Assembly (NCBI RefSeq): GCF_037042905.1
Contig: NC_087263.1
Span: 9,426,001 to 9,490,000, forward strand
Length of the DNA: 64,000 nt
Reading direction: 5' to 3'
From: Lytechinus pictus
Taxonomy: Eukaryota
Shown in pieces: positions 1 to 14,360 of this stretch. A model generated the notes under the pieces. It made no database searches and had not been told where the DNA came from. It saw only the letters and a list, made by a program, of their open reading frames with translations. The translations under genes were made by a program, and so were the position numbers. Positions within the stretch are counted from its first letter, which is position 1, and each line of letters starts with the position of its first letter.

Positions 1-679
1 CTAAGTCGCGGTTTTAAAGCTTACCTGAGAAGTTAGAAGTATCAATCCACGAAAATTGGTGCAATTAAAAAGTTTACTCGGCTTAGCAGCGCATTAAATT
101 AATAAAGAATGCAAAAGAAAATCAGTGCAGGGCCCTAGCTAGCGCCGACGTTCGTTGGATGCGCATTTTGCATACTGTACCGTACATGCATGCACAGATC
201 GGTGCAGAATTAAGTGTAACTTAAGTTATCGATTGATTTTCATTATTTTATTGCCAATTTGAGGAGTGTTTGTTCGTAGGCTTGTAGCACATGTGTACGA
301 GCGTATAACACGTAACTGTAGCAATGATCGCTGTCGCAATTGGTGATTCTCAAATTGGCTCTGAGTGTGATTGAGCAATGCTTTCGAGACCGGAGCAGAC
401 CCATTTCGTGGTACAAAAACTTGAGTCTCCAGAATGAATGTGGATTAAGATTTTGGAAGTAAACTCACTCTAGGTTAATTGAAATATATTGACATATTAG
501 TGATTAAAACATGTGCAGTGTCTGAGAACTAAGAATTAATGTGAGGCTGTGAGCTTGTTCACTGACTTTACAGTCCCACGCAAGCTTTATGCAGATGCTA
601 CCGTGTACACAGTGATGGAATTTAGTATAAGTGCACTGACTTGACCGTGCGTGTACACGTGTACCCGAAACGAGCCTAG

Positions 680-1207
680 TTATGACAACATTTCAAAAAC
701 TTAACCTTGGTTAAGATTTCGATATTGATTCCCCCAACATGGTCTAAGTTCATTGACCCTAAATGACCTTTGTCATGTGACCCGAAACTCAGGTAAGATG
801 TTCAGTAATACTTGATTACCCTTATGTCCAAGTTTCATGAACTAGGTCCATATACTTTCTAAGTTATGATGACATTTCAAAAACTTAACCTTGGTTAAGA
901 TTTCAATGTTGACGACGCCGCCGCTGTCAGAAAAGCGGCGCCTATACATGTAGTCTCGCTCTGCTATGCAGGCGAGACAAAAACGTACTGTCATATTTTG
1001 GTTGCAAAAACGTACTAAATACGCCAAAAACGTACTGGTTGGCAGCTCTACTTATGGCCAAAATTGATGAACTACATGTAGGTCTACATACTTTCTAAGT
1101 TAGCTGTCATTTCAAAAACTTAACATTGGGTTAAGATTTGGTGTTGACACCGCCGCCGTCGGAAAAGCGGCGCCTATAGTCTCACTCTGCTATGCAGGTG
1201 AGAGAAA
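680..1207. mobile_element. Fragments of the same HINE-like family with a duplicated terminal segment
   Basis: Similar to 26680-26974. The terminal GAAAAGCGGCGCCTATA..GCAGG(C/T)GAGA segment occurs twice (~930-980, ~1160-1205). Confidence 0.65.
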
Positions 1208-1404
1208 AACAAGACAAAATATGCAGATATTCTATTTTGATGCAAAATGGGTAAGTTAATCCGATAAAACTCATTTTAAGTTCAGAGCCTTCACACCACA
1301 ATCATTTTAGGGGATGATCTAGTAATGAAATGGAATAGTGACATGCACATTTGGGAGGATTTATCAAAAGATACACTTTAACACCAAGGAAAAAAAAGAC
1401 TTAC

Positions 1405-1668
1405 AAGCAGTAATGATAACTGTAGCAGGATCACTAGCTTTGTTGTTACTCAATGTTACAACAGTAATTGTATGGTCTCCCCCAGGTCCAGGATCTGCTG
1501 GAAGACCAGTACAAGTCACACTGACAGCATCTTCAGTCAATGGTAGCATTGTTCCATCAGGACAGATTGCATTATAGCCACTGACTGTACCGGCAGGCTT
1601 GGTCCATGTTGCAGAGATTGAGTCAGTGGTTGCACCAGATTCTTCAAGGTCGCTCACCTTATTGGGCA
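1405..1668 (-). CDS. Exon 8, FN3 domain 6 (tandem copy); gene continues beyond the left edge
   Basis: 264 bp, phase 1-1, TTTAG acceptor and GTAAGT donor. Same protein sequence as exon 7. Confidence 0.88.
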
Positions 1669-2711
1669 CTAAACCGTAAAAGAAAAAAAGAAAAAGTATT
1701 GAAGAGATCAGTGTGCCACATACTGCAATGGATTTACTTTTTGATACGTGTAGTGTAGAAACAAAAACACTGTTTCTATGGTGAGAAGGACTTTATTTCT
1801 CATGTACTTTTGTTGCACCTCCCTCATAAAACCAGAGGATGAAGACCTTTAAATTGTGTTGATTATATATTATGTAGGGATACATACTCTCATGTCAGAT
1901 CGCGAAGCCTGACATACCTTTGTTGATTTAATCTCATATGCGTCCATTTTGTAGTGTAGTGTAGAACAAATGGCAATTATACCAAATTGAAAGTAGCACA
2001 AATGGGTTAATCCTACATGTATGTGGACTATCTGATAAATAGACCAGCTGGTAGTAGACTTAGTGATTATAAACAACAAAATCTACATGTAGATCTACAT
2101 GTACTGTAGATGAACTTGATCTATAGTTCTAACTTGTAGAAGGGATATAAAACAAATACAAAATGCCTTTCTTGCATCATGGACCTGCTACAACTGGACA
2201 TTCAACGAATCCCCTCCTTTTGGCTAAAGACAGTCGCCGCTTATCATTTTATAAACAAACCGCAACAGCCGACGCTCATCAAGCAGGCCGTAAGCCCACT
2301 GTCGCTGACAGACAGCAAAAAGCGATTGTGCGCAGCTCGAATACATTGTGATGTTGTTCGTTTACTTTCCAAAGCATCTGCGCACAGCAGCGAATGCTAG
2401 CACTGTCAAAATGACTGCAGAAACAAGAAAACAGCCAAGAATTTGCGGGGTTTTTTTTATGTACATTGCTCACAACCGCTCACTGAAAGCATTGCTATCA
2501 CCGTGCAAATCAGAATATCTTTTAAAAAATTGCAGCGAAACGCCATTAAAAAAAAGTTACTATTTTACATTTCTTCATTACCCATAGTTTTTGCTCCATC
2601 CTTGAAAGACATATACATGTATGATCTCTTAATGAAATGGAATAGTGACATGCACATTTGGAAGGATTTACCAAAAGATACACTTAAACACCAAGGAAAA
2701 AAAAGACTCAC

Positions 2712-2975
2712 AAGCAGTAATGATAACTGTAGCAGGATCACTAGCTTTGTTGTTACTCAATGTTACAACAGTAATTGTATGGTCTCCCCCAGGTCCAGGA
2801 TCTGCTGGAAGACCAGTACAAGTCACACTGACAGCATCTTCAGTCAATGGTAGCATTGTTCCATCAGGACAGATTGCATTATAGCCACTGACTGTACCGG
2901 CAGGCTTGGTCCATGTTGCAGAGATTGAGTCAGTGGTTGCACCAGATTCTTCAAGGTCGCTCACCTTATTGGGCA
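2712..2975 (-). CDS. Exon 7, FN3 domain 5 (tandem copy)
   Basis: 264 bp, phase 1-1, TTTAG acceptor and GTGAGT donor. Confidence 0.85.
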
Positions 2976-4019
2976 CTAAACCGTAAAAGAAAAAAAGAAA
3001 AAAGTATTGAAGAGATCAGTGTGCCACATACTGCAATGGATTTACTTTTTGATACGTGTAGTGTAGAAACAAAAACACTGTTTCTATGGTGAGAAGGACT
3101 TTATTTCTCATGTACTTTTGTTGCACCTCCCTCATAAAACCAGAGGATGAAGACCTTTAAATTGTGTTGATTATATATTATGTAGGGATACAAACTCTCA
3201 TGTCAGATCGCGAAGCCTGGCATACCTTTGTTGATTTAATCTCATATGCGTCCATTTTGTAGTGTAGTGTAGAACAAATGGCAATTATACCAAATTGAAA
3301 GTAGCACAAATGGGTTAATCCTACATGTATGTGGACTATCTGATAAATAGACCAGCTGGTAGTAGACTTAGTGATTATAAACAACAAAATCTACATGTAG
3401 ATCTACATGTACTGTAGATGAACTTGATCTATAGTTCTAACTTGTAGAAGGGATATAAAACAAATACAAAATGCCTTTCTTGCATCATGGACCTGCTACA
3501 ACTGGACATTCAACGAATCCCCTCCTTTTGGCTAAAGACAGTCGCCGCTTATCATTTTATAAACAAACCGCAACAGCCGACGCTCATCAAGCAGGCCGTA
3601 AGCCCACTGTCGCTGACAGACAGCAAAAAGCGATTGTGCGCAGCTCGAATACATTGTGATGTTGTTCGTTTACTTTCCAAAGCATCTGCGCACAGCAGCG
3701 AATGCTAGCACTGTCAAAATGACTGCAGAAACAAGAAAACAGCCAAGAATTTGCGGGGTTTTTTTTATGTACATTGCTCACAACCGCTCACTGAAAGCAT
3801 TGCTATCACCGTGCAAATCAGAATATCTTTTAAAAAATTGCAGCGAAACGCCATTAAAAAAAAGTTACTATTTTACATTTCTTCATTACCCATAGTTTTT
3901 GCTCCATCCTTGAAAGACATATACATGTATGATCTCTTAATGAAATGGAATAGTGACATGCACATTTGGAAGGATTTACCAAAAGATACACTTAAACACC
4001 AAGGAAAAAAAAGACTCAC

Positions 4020-4283
4020 AAGCAGTAATGATAACTGTAGCAGGATCACTAGCTTTGTTGTTACTCAATGTTACAACAGTAATTGTATGGTCTCCCCCAG
4101 GTCCAGGATCTGCTGGAAGACCAGTACAAGTCACACTGACAGCATCTTCAGTCAATGGTAGCATTGTTCCATCAGGACAGATTGCATTATAGCCACTAAC
4201 TATACCATCAGGCTTGGTCCAAGTAGCAGAGACTGAGTCATTGGTTGCACCAGATTCTCCAAGGTCGCTCACCTTATTGGGCA
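4020..4283 (-). CDS. Exon 6, FN3 domain 4 (tandem copy with diverged 5' part)
   Basis: 264 bp, phase 1-1, TTTAG acceptor and GTGAGT donor. PNKVSDLGESGATNDSVSATWTKP... Confidence 0.88.
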
Positions 4284-4781
4284 CTAAACCGTAAAAGAAG
4301 AAAATAAAAAAGTATTGAAGAGATCAGTGTGCCACATTCTGTAATGGATTTACTTTTTGATATGTGTAGTGTAGAAACAAAAACACTGTTTCTATAGTGA
4401 GAAGGAATTTATTTCTGATGTACTTTTGTTGCACCTCCCTCATAAAATCAGAGGATGAAGACCTTTAAATTCTGTTGATTATATAAAGTATATGTACATG
4501 TAGGGATGCGAATAATTTGTTACATGATTTACCATCTCCCATGTCAGATCGCGAAGCCTGGCATACCATTGTTGATTTAATCTCATATGCGTCCATTTTG
4601 TAGTGTAGTGTAGAACAAATGGCAATTATACCAAATTGAAAGTAGAACAAATGGGTTAATCCTACATGTATGTGGACTATCTGAGAAATAGGCATATTGC
4701 TTGTAGGCAAAGTGATTAGAAACCCCACATTTACATGTACCAGTGTAACATCCAATTTAGTCCCATTTGGTTGAATTTTAA

Positions 4782-5363
4782 AAGACAAGTCCACCCAAAT
4801 CATAAGTTGATTTGAATAAAAAGAGAGAAATCCAACAAGCATAGCACTGAAAATTTCATCAAAATCGGATGTAAAAAGTTTCGCTTAATTTCACATAACA
4901 GTTATATACACATCTTGGTCAGTATGCAAATGAGACGACATCATCCACTCACTATTTCTTTTGTACTTCATTATATGAAATGTGAAAGATTCTAATTTTC
5001 TCCTCATTGTCAAGTGAAACAAAGATTAATTCCTTCCTGAACATATGGAATTAGTATTTTTCAATACTATATGGTTCAGTCAAATTGATCCTTATCATTA
5101 AATCTGTAAAAAATTAAATATTGTATAAATAAAGCAATAAAAAACAAAAGAAATAGTGAGTGATGGACATCATCGACTGTCTCATTTGCATGTCACTGAA
5201 ATGTGCATATACAGTGTAACTGTTTTGTGATAAAATAAGCGAAATTTTAAAATGTCATATCTTTCTTATTTTACATCCGAATTTGATGAAATTTTTAGCA
5301 TTTTGCTCGTTTGATTTTTCTCTATTTATTCAAATCATCATTTTTCTGGGGTGGACTTGATCT
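4782..5363. mobile_element. TTAA-flanked (Kolobok-like) MITE, family A
   Basis: CAAGTCCACCC / GGGTGGACTTG termini, TTAA on both sides; other copies at 30325, 39272 and 63188. Confidence 0.85.
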
Positions 5364-5452
5364 TTAAATACTTCAATGAAAAGATACCACCAAACCTGTG
5401 TTTATAGTCAAAGTTGTCTCCCATTTGAAAGGAATATCTACTGCAGACCCTG

Positions 5453-5632
5453 GGAGCGTTTCATGAAAGGCCTTGTCGGGCGTTTTATCCAACAAGTCCC
5501 GTTTTATCCAACAGTTACCATGGAAACAGTGCCTCTCAGCCAATCAAGGAAGGATATCAGATCTGGGGAGCGTCGGATAAAACATGACTTGTCGAATAAA
5601 ATGTCTGACAAGTTCTTTCATGAAAGGCTCAC
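5453..5632. mobile_element. Harbinger-like MITE
   Basis: GAGCGTTTCATGAAAG / CTTTCATGAAAGGCTC arms, CTG flanks. Confidence 0.6.
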
Positions 5633-6349
5633 CTGACAATTTGCTAAACAAAAATGTTGATGAAATGTTGATGATGCTTCCTTGTAACCATTCCACTGAG
5701 ATTGCTAAATATTATTTTCTTTATATTTCCTTGATGATTACCTGGTTAGAGTTCAAAACATTGGGTACATCATGTATATAAATCATGACATAATTATGTA
5801 TTATTGTATTCCAAAATATACACATTATTTTTTTGCATTTCCTTGATCCTTTATCTAAGCTCCATATCACAAAGGTTGGCAATCAATCACTAAACGGTTC
5901 TGGCCAATCAAGATTAATGTTCCATACATGTACATGTGTAGTTTAAAAATTTAACCAGGAACCAATCAGAAGTGTTCTCTCATATTAGCTATCCATATCA
6001 CTGGCCCTTCTGTTCAAGGTCCTTAGCAAGACTGTATTAGATCAGACAGCACAAAATTCTAATTAATCACAGAACCCTATTAAAGCCAAAAAGATAATTC
6101 TTATCATTTTATCTGTTGAGGACTTATTCACAGTATGTGAGATAATCAGAATAGGAACAAGTATAAGACTATTAATTCCTACTGTCAGATATGACCTCTG
6201 ACCTTTAACCTCAAGAAACTACATCATATTCTTGTCACTCATGACCCAAGATTGAATCGGCCAAGCAGTTTTTTTTACAGTTATCTGAAGAACAAAAACG
6301 TCGTGGACAGGCATGCCGACAGCAACCACCAACCACATACGGAGGCATA

Positions 6350-6626
6350 ACAATGATAATCATAATAGCTGGGTAGCACTTTTTGCCTGAAGATACAAAG
6401 TGCCACTGTTAGTACCCTGCTTAAGCTCTAGGAACAACTTGTTCAACAACATGCACTCGATGCATTCAATTAATTAATCCTGCCAGGTACCCATCCGGCT
6501 CACCTGGGTCAAGTGCAGCAAAGTGAAATATAAATTTCTTGCTGAAGGAAAAGACGCCATGGCTAGGATTCGAACCCACGACCCACTGCTTGAAAGATGA
6601 GAGTCAGAAGCACTAGACCACAACGT
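6350..6626 (-). mobile_element. tRNA-SINE copy, diverged
   Basis: Reverse complement similarity to 56280-56420 (GGATTCGAACCCACGACC, CTTGCTGAAGGAAA). Confidence 0.75.
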
Positions 6627-6849
6627 GCATAGGAACTTGAAGGAACTGTACATGTACCCCACACGGAGGACCACTATAAGCATTAACCTGGCTTGACTAA
6701 AAGAGGATCCTCCTATTTTAACTGAAGAGATACTGCTCCATAACTTCATTTCTGATAATTCACAAGGGAAGCAAGCTCACACTGCATATGGTCCCTCTCA
6801 CTGAATACATATATAGACTATGTTATGAATAGCGGGTCATTATATACAT

Positions 6850-7737
6850 TTTGAGATAATCTAAATACATGCAGAGGACATTATTTCAGATCCCAATTCC
6901 AAATTCAAATCATTAAAGGAAATAGAAGTTTTATTTGAAAAAAAGTATGCAAGTCTTTTTCAGGAGTATAACATTGTAATGAATGCCATACCGAATGTTT
7001 GGAAAAGGAACAGGTTTGAGTTCTACAGAATATTTTGATGAATGTAAATAGGAAAAGAGGTTCAAAGTTATTTTACACCATTATTTCAAATAACATAAGT
7101 ATTAAGCCTAAAGCTGAAGAAAGATGGGAAAATATTTTACAAGAAGAAATTGATTGGAAATCTGTATGGTTATTTAATTTACAAGCTGTCAAACAAAATA
7201 GAATAACAGAGTTTAATTATAAGTTATTACATAATCTTTTACCTCATAGATATAATCTGTATAAATGGAAGTTAAGAGATAATCCTTTATGTTCACATGA
7301 CAATGAAATACAAGACCGTGTACATTTATTTGTAACGTGTAAGAAAACAAAATTATTCTGGAAAGAATTTAGTAGCATTGTTGTAGGCATTAATTTTTAT
7401 TTTAATGTTGCTACTTTAATAAAAGGATATAAGATAAAAAACAAAGAGTATAGAATTTTGAATCTTCTTATTATGTATGCAAGGTATGCTATTTTCTTCG
7501 ATTTTTATTCGAACAGAAAGTCGGAGTTGTAGATTTTGGTATACTTTGTTTATTCAAAAGGTTGATTTGTAATCGTTTAGAAATAGAGAAGCATTGTAAA
7601 AGTAAAAATTTGTGTATTTTTGAAAACAGTATTTTTGAAGAAAATATTTCATGCTTTGTATGACAATGTTTACATTTTATGTTACTATTACATGTGATTA
7701 TTTTATCAATTAAATTATTTTTAAAAGAAAAAAAAAT
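6850..7737 (+). mobile_element. 5'-truncated L1/Tx1-like LINE 3' end
   Basis: ORF 7035-7532 with FNYKLLHNLL..LC..HLFVTC...FW (RT-associated zinc-binding region), followed by an A-rich tail at 7723-7737. Confidence 0.75.
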
Positions 7738-8797
7738 ACAGAAATTCAGAGAATAAATAAGCCTATAATTTAATTTGTACAGAGAATCTAAATATTTAGA
7801 GAGGAAACATACTTGTTTTGATACTTATTTACACAATCATTGCGGTATGAATGTACTGAGTGTATATTAGTGTGTTAATATTTAAGTACCTGTAGGTCTA
7901 TATCATAAGACTACACTACTCAGAATGTTGCATCATGGGTTACACACCTGACCAGATTTGAGCGATTGACGACTGAGGTGGAGCTGTACAAGGTGGCTGG
8001 TTTGTACTTGCTATATTGATACTTTATCTCTAATTAAATGAAATCAAGGGCATAGAGGAAATAGTTTGCACATGAAACAAGAACGCCCTTCTTTGCAAAT
8101 TCCCCCGGGGGCAATCATCGGTACTTGACCTTGATCCTATTCAAACTCATTGAAATATCATACTCGCTGAAAAACAATCAGCAGCTCTTGTACCTTGCAC
8201 TAACGAATGTTCATAAGGGGCTTTCATGTTCCAACACACAAACTCCCCCAAATAAACAGCGATCTGTATTCAAAAGAAGAAAAAATCCCCAAGTGCATTC
8301 AAAGTCTGAAATATTATGTCAACAAGAACTTTGTTTTGTAAAAACTGTTTATCAGGCTTGCATCAGGGTGTGACAGAATTTTTTCCCCGCCAATAAATTA
8401 TTAAGGACGGTTCTAAAACGTACTAAAAACACTTCAAGCTAAACCTGAGTAGTCATGGTCTGTAATGATGTAAGGAAAAATTGTTTAAAATAAAATTGTC
8501 ATTGTTGCCAGATCATTGCTGATTTTGATCTTAATGGTACTGAAAATGTGAATATGAAAAATCTTAAGGAATGCTAACGAGGAAATGGTAGTCCTGAAAA
8601 AATGAACAAAATGATCTGTAAAGTTCTTTCTCTGATGATGCAAACGTTGAAAACAGCAATGCAGAAGAACAGCCAGTTCCCCAAAATGGTGTGATGCCTT
8701 CGATCAGAAAAAACAAGTCTTCTTTAATATTCTAGACATGGACATGTTTGGGTATTACCAGCTCAGGCAGCAAGCCAGATAAATTACCCAAACTTAA

Positions 8798-9188
8798 AGA
8801 TAAATTCCAGTTGTTGGAATGATCTCAAAATGACTTTTTACAGAATTTAATATAATGATCATTAAAGTGTCTGTTTGTATGAATAAAAAATATGTGCCAA
8901 AGGATTCTGGAAGAAATTGTGTAGTTGCTGAGAAATAAGCAAAATAAGCGCGGATTCGGTCACTTCCGTCGGGTCTTTATTCCAGCAATAATACACTGTC
9001 CCACGTGTGCCTATCTGTGTTGGCGATCTTCAGTGTGATCGTTTTTTAGCTAGATATTATGATTTCACAAAGTTCAGTTTATGTAACTGTACCAGATCTA
9101 GATCCACGATGATATATCAATACTTTACCTTGGTTTTACAGACTTTCTCACGAAATCAGTGTTTTACCGCAACTACGTTCATTTAGCT
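8798..9188 (+). mobile_element. TTAA-flanked MITE, family B
   Basis: TTAA flanks; close reverse complement of 43431-43829. Confidence 0.8.
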
Positions 9189-9546
9189 TTAAGAATAGTT
9201 CAACTACATATAAAGTGATGTTTATTGCATTCATATTTTCAGAGAAAACTGTTAAGATTATTTTACCCCTTTTTTATCCGATTCAGCACCCTATAATCTC
9301 AGTAATCATTAAAGTATTGCTCATGTGTGATCATTTCTGCAAAGTATTATGATACATATGTACATGAAAATTTTGTGGCTAAAACCCCCCAAAACCAGAC
9401 CTGCCAACCTCTGGGAATGAAAAATTGTATTCTGTGATAAAAAAAACTATATTTTTCCCCAAAAAAGTGTATTTCATAATAAAATGTGTGGCGCACTCGC
9501 TCATCGCGGCGCTCAAGCTGCATGCAAGCTAAAATGCGCACTGCTC

Positions 9547-9577
<31 letters not shown>

Positions 9578-10313
9578 AACGTATTTTTGTTGCAAAAACA
9601 TACTAAATACGCCCAAAACGTACTGGTTGGCAGGTCAGCAAAACCCACCATTTTGCATATCAAACAAAAATACAGGTGAGTGGTCGAAGTCGAATCTCTT
9701 GGTACAATACAAATTTATTCACCTTGGGTGAAATTCGATTGAGAAGATGATATCAATACATGTTTCAATGAATATTCTGTTTTTAAAATAATGCTTCCGG
9801 GTAGGTGAATAATCGACTTATAGAAGGCCAACAGATTCTACTGTAAAACTCAGGGTTCCCAGCTTTTCAAGAAAACAAAACTCCCTGATTTTTCCCTGAT
9901 GAAGTTTAAAATTCCCTGATAATTATTCAAACCCATTCCCAGTTTTGTATTTTTTCTAAGTTGTTGCCGTGAATGACATGTATTTTTCAGTATAAAAACA
10001 AAAATGTAAAACTAATCAGTACCACCATAACCAGTCACTCAATGGATGTTGTTTTGATATGCAACAAAACATAACAGAGTTTGATTGACTACCATGCTTT
10101 TGACTTTTGGGCCAATCAAAATTCCCTAATTATTCCCTCATTTGGGCATTTTCCCCTGATTTCAAGTATTCTTATCAAATTCCCTGATTTTTCCCTGACT
10201 GGAAAAAAAGTAAAATAATTTGCCCTGATGGACTGGGAACCCTGGGGCCCGTTGCAGAAAGAGTTGCAATCGATCGCAACTCTAAAAATCATGCGCAACT
10301 TGATTTTCAACCA

Positions 10314-13221
10314 TAGTCAGGTCCAGATTTTAAAAAATGTGCTCAGAAAAAGTGCTTTAGGCATTTTGTGTTAATGCTGATTTATCAATTGTTTTAAGGT
10401 AATTCAGGGGTGCTGAATCCAAAAATGCTGTTTGCCAAACTTGATTCCGACGTTTTCATCCTCAAATTGGCAAAAAACAAAATGGCGGCATTTTTAAAGC
10501 TATTTCCCATATTAAACGATTTTTATGGGTAATTGTATTTCAGAAATTGGGATCTATGCGTTATTTTCGATGTCCAGGGTTGCAAACATAATGTGTCCGA
10601 TCGATTGATTCGTCAGCCATCTTTAATTCCAAGATGGCTGTCATGATCCACAGCTGCTGATTGATAAATAATATGGCCAAATGTTTGATAATTTTGGGGT
10701 GATGCTGGCATATTCACATTGTGATATCTTTAACGAGTCCGCCATTTTTTCCTTGCCTGCATAGCAGAAGCACGACATGGACGTCACTTTTCCGACGGCG
10801 GCAATGACCATGGCGGCGGCGAAATCAACATCAAATCTTAACCGGGGTTAAGTTTTTGAAATGTCATAACTTTTAGGGTATAGATGTCTTTTTCATGAAA
10901 CTTAGGCATGTTAGGATTAAAAAAAATATATTGAGACAGGTAATATAGTTTAAAAAGGTCGTCAAGGTTACATGGAAATCCAGCATGGCGTCCACAACGG
11001 CAGCCGTTGTACCATCAACTCCAAAAATAAAGTTAATCCTCAAAATTGAAATCATCAAAAAGCTGCAAATAATGAATCAGGACAGGTTTACAAGATAGTG
11101 AGTATGTCAGCGAATCCAAGATGACCTTCCAAACTGACGTCTATAATGTACGTCTGGACATTGTATCTTTGAAATGGTCCAAATTCATAATATATACACC
11201 TGGGGCCTGTTGCATAAAACTTTTTACCTGAGAAAACTCTGGTAAAAACTGAAAACTAAGGTTAGTCGGATTTCTGCCATTGACTTTCACACAGGGCAAA
11301 AACTCCGGTAAAAAAACCTGAGTTTTCTCAGGTAAAAAGTTTTATGCAACGGGCCCCAGGTAGAAATACATTTGGGGTCTACCGATAATAAAATAAAACA
11401 TAAAAAATCATGGTTCCAAAGGAAAAAAATTACATTGGAAAAATTCCAAGGTTTATCAGTGGTGCAGTTTTGCAAAAAAATGATAATGGCCTATAAAACA
11501 GTTATTTCTTAAAAATCTGGCTGCACTGAGTGCATATACTATCTACCTAGAAACATTTTTGTGTCTTCCTCATGGTTTCAAAGTTCAAATAATATAGGTG
11601 AAGACGAATTACATGGATACACCGTTGTCCATTTTGTAAAAAATTGAAGAACGTTCCAAAAATTAATTCGAATTGGCCACCATTAATACAAAAATGACAA
11701 TACTTCATATCCCATCTAGTGCCACTATTTTGGTGTCTCTGTTTTTAAGACTCATGAAAATACATTTTACAAGAATTAGTGACATAATATCATTAGATGG
11801 TGGTGCAACAATAAGCAAACATCCAAAAAACAAACTTTAAAAACTAACTTTTTAGACTCCTTAATTGGAAGCCATCTTGGATTTTAGACATACGGGACCA
11901 TTGATTGCCCTTATAACTTATCCTAATGTATTACTTGACCATTTAAACCAAGGTTTAGACAACATAATCATATACCCCAGGCGGATATTAAACAAACTAT
12001 GTCAGTTTTTAGGTAACAATAGCCATTATTGACTCCAAGTTTGGAAGCCTTTTTGAATTTCTGGACATGCTGGACCTCTGGCTGTCTATGTAACATGTCC
12101 TAATTTATTACTTGACCCTTTTAACCTTGGGTTAACCCCCAAAATCATATACCCCAGGCTGATATTAAACAAACTATGTCAGTTTTTCGGTAAGAACGGC
12201 CTATATAGACTCCATTTTTGGAGCCATTATGGATTTTTGGACATACTGGAACCACTAACTGTCCTTGTAACTTGTCCCAATCTAATACTTGACCCTTTAA
12301 ACCATGCTTTATACTAAAAAATCATATTCTGCAGGCGATTATTAAACAAACTATGTCGGTTTGTAATTAACGACAAACATTTTATACTCCATTTTTGCAA
12401 ACCATCTTGGATTTTTGGACATGGAGGGCCATAAACTATCTTTGTTACTTGTCCCAACGTATTTCTTGACCCATTAAATGATGGGTTAGACACCAACATC
12501 GTATCCCCAAGGCAGATATGAAACAAACTATGTCGGGTTTTAGGGTTTTTAGATAAAAACAGCTATTTTAGACTCCAATTTTGAAAGCCATCTTGGATTT
12601 TTGGACACGGTGGACCGTTGACTGTCCTTGTATCTTGTCCCGGTTTACTTCTTGACCTTTGAAAATCACCAATGAATAAAACCGAAATAAAAGACAATAA
12701 ATAGGTAATAGATGAATTGTGAATTTTTAGGCCATGGCAGCCATTTTTACGCAATCTTTGATTTTCAGATACCCTGGAGTGCTTATGTTCACTCTTTCCT
12801 TTCATCCCCTACACCTTTGAATACATGTATGCACCGAAAAAAGTTGTCTAGGGTAGAAAAAATGCTGGTTATCTTAATTTTCAGTTGATGGCGGCCATCT
12901 TAGACGCCATCTTAAAAATAACCACTTTCCTGGATCCGGATTTTGATGGATTTTTTGCATGTTATTCCTGAGATCAAATAGTACCAGAAATCGTTGACAA
13001 ACATTTTTGCTACAAGTTTTGGGGGTCAGAATAGAGTAAAAATGGGTGCAGAATGGCGGCCATATTGTATTTGCCAATTTGAGGATTTTAACATCAAAAT
13101 CAAGGCTGGCAAACAGCAAATTTGGACTCAGCGCCCTCGAATTATGCTAAAACACTTCTCAATTCAGCATTAACACGATTTGCCTAAGGCAGTCTACTTT
13201 TCTCAAATCTGGACCTGACTA
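10314..13221. mobile_element. Academ-like non-autonomous DNA transposon
   Basis: TAGTCAGGTCCAGATTT termini, ~180 bp imperfect TIR, CCA duplication, internal ~120 bp tandem units (11850-12660). Confidence 0.8.
11203..11356. mobile_element. Harbinger-like palindromic MITE inside the Academ-like element
   Basis: GGGCC.GTTGCATAAAACTTTTTACCTGAGAAAACTC arms, CWG flanks. Confidence 0.75.
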
Positions 13222-13559
13222 CCAATCAACAGCGCGCATTTGGGACTTACGATTGATTTTTTGACTTGTGTTTAAACGCAACTCTTTGTGCAACGGACCC
13301 CTGAACCTGCAGTATGATGAGCAAGTGACCAAATATATAAACAAAAATGTGCAATAATCCACTGATTTTTTTTTAACCAATGAGAACTTAATTGAAATGG
13401 ATGTAATACAAAAGAAATGTAATCTTCCAACCACCTTTCTGTATACATACTAACATTATTTCAGACTGTGTAGACTGCAATAATAGATGTCAGAAATTGT
13501 TTAATGGTATCTGGCTCAACAGATAACATGTATTTATAAAATTGTGTGAAATATTGCAA

Positions 13560-14360
13560 AAGTGGTAGAGAGATCCATGAATAGTATGATTCATCCTGTA
13601 AACTTGAAAATGTATTTTTTTCTATGGTAGAGAGATCCATAAGAACAGTTATAAAAATGACTTCAGAATCTAGATGAAATTTTGAAATAATGATCCAGGG
13701 AACCAAGGAATATTTTTAAATGGTACAGATATCCCCAAATAATGAAATATGCAGATGAATCCATTTGAATATAGAAAAATGCCATATAAATCTGTAAGAT
13801 ATAGTGAGAATGTATATAGTGAGAATGTACAGTATGTAAAAATGTCATATCCATGAAATAGTTTTAAAGTGGCATTTTATCCATGAAACATTGTAAAATG
13901 GTCAAAGGAATCTGTGAAATATTGCAAGAACTTCAAAGGAATTAGTAGAATACTGTAAGAATGGTTAGTGAATTTGTGAAATATTGTAAAATGAACAGAA
14001 CTGTGAAATATTACAAAACGAAAAAGAAACCTGTAAAATATTTTAATGGTAAAAAAAGGGATCTACAATGTATGTAGTATAGATTTCAAAATGTATAGGA
14101 ATCATGAAATATTGTGAACTGTTACTTTCATTATAAACTTGTAACCAATGAATATCGCAAATACTATAGGGATCGATATAAAAAGTTCATGAAAAATGGT
14201 GTTGTGCTTTAATAGAAAAAGAGTGCAAAATGATGTACAGTGTAATTGCTAACACAATATATTCATAACTTTTATATTGATGCTTAAAATAGAAATTTCA
14301 GTGCACTGTAGAGTATCAGTATATAGAATTTTGCAGGGATCCATGAAATAATATGCAAAG
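13560..14360. repeat. Degenerate ~30 bp minisatellite (ATCCATGAAATATTGTAAAATGG-like)
   Basis: Recurrent motif across the region. Confidence 0.55.

Larger units (their letters stand above)
1323..4690. repeat. Tandem array of ~1308 bp exon+intron units (about 2.5 copies)
   Basis: ORF track repeats with 1307/1308 bp period. Introns 1669-2711 and 2976-4019 differ at only about three positions that I could see. Confidence 0.95.
10245..13300. mobile_element. Harbinger-like MITE split by the Academ-like element
   Basis: GGGCCCGTTGCAGAAAGAGTTG TIR with CTG duplication. The halves match the intact copy at 58967-59111. Confidence 0.85.

Noticed and set aside
2163..4192. Repeated plus-strand ORFs in the tandem units
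   Set aside because: Antisense or intronic shadows duplicated with the unit; no motifs.
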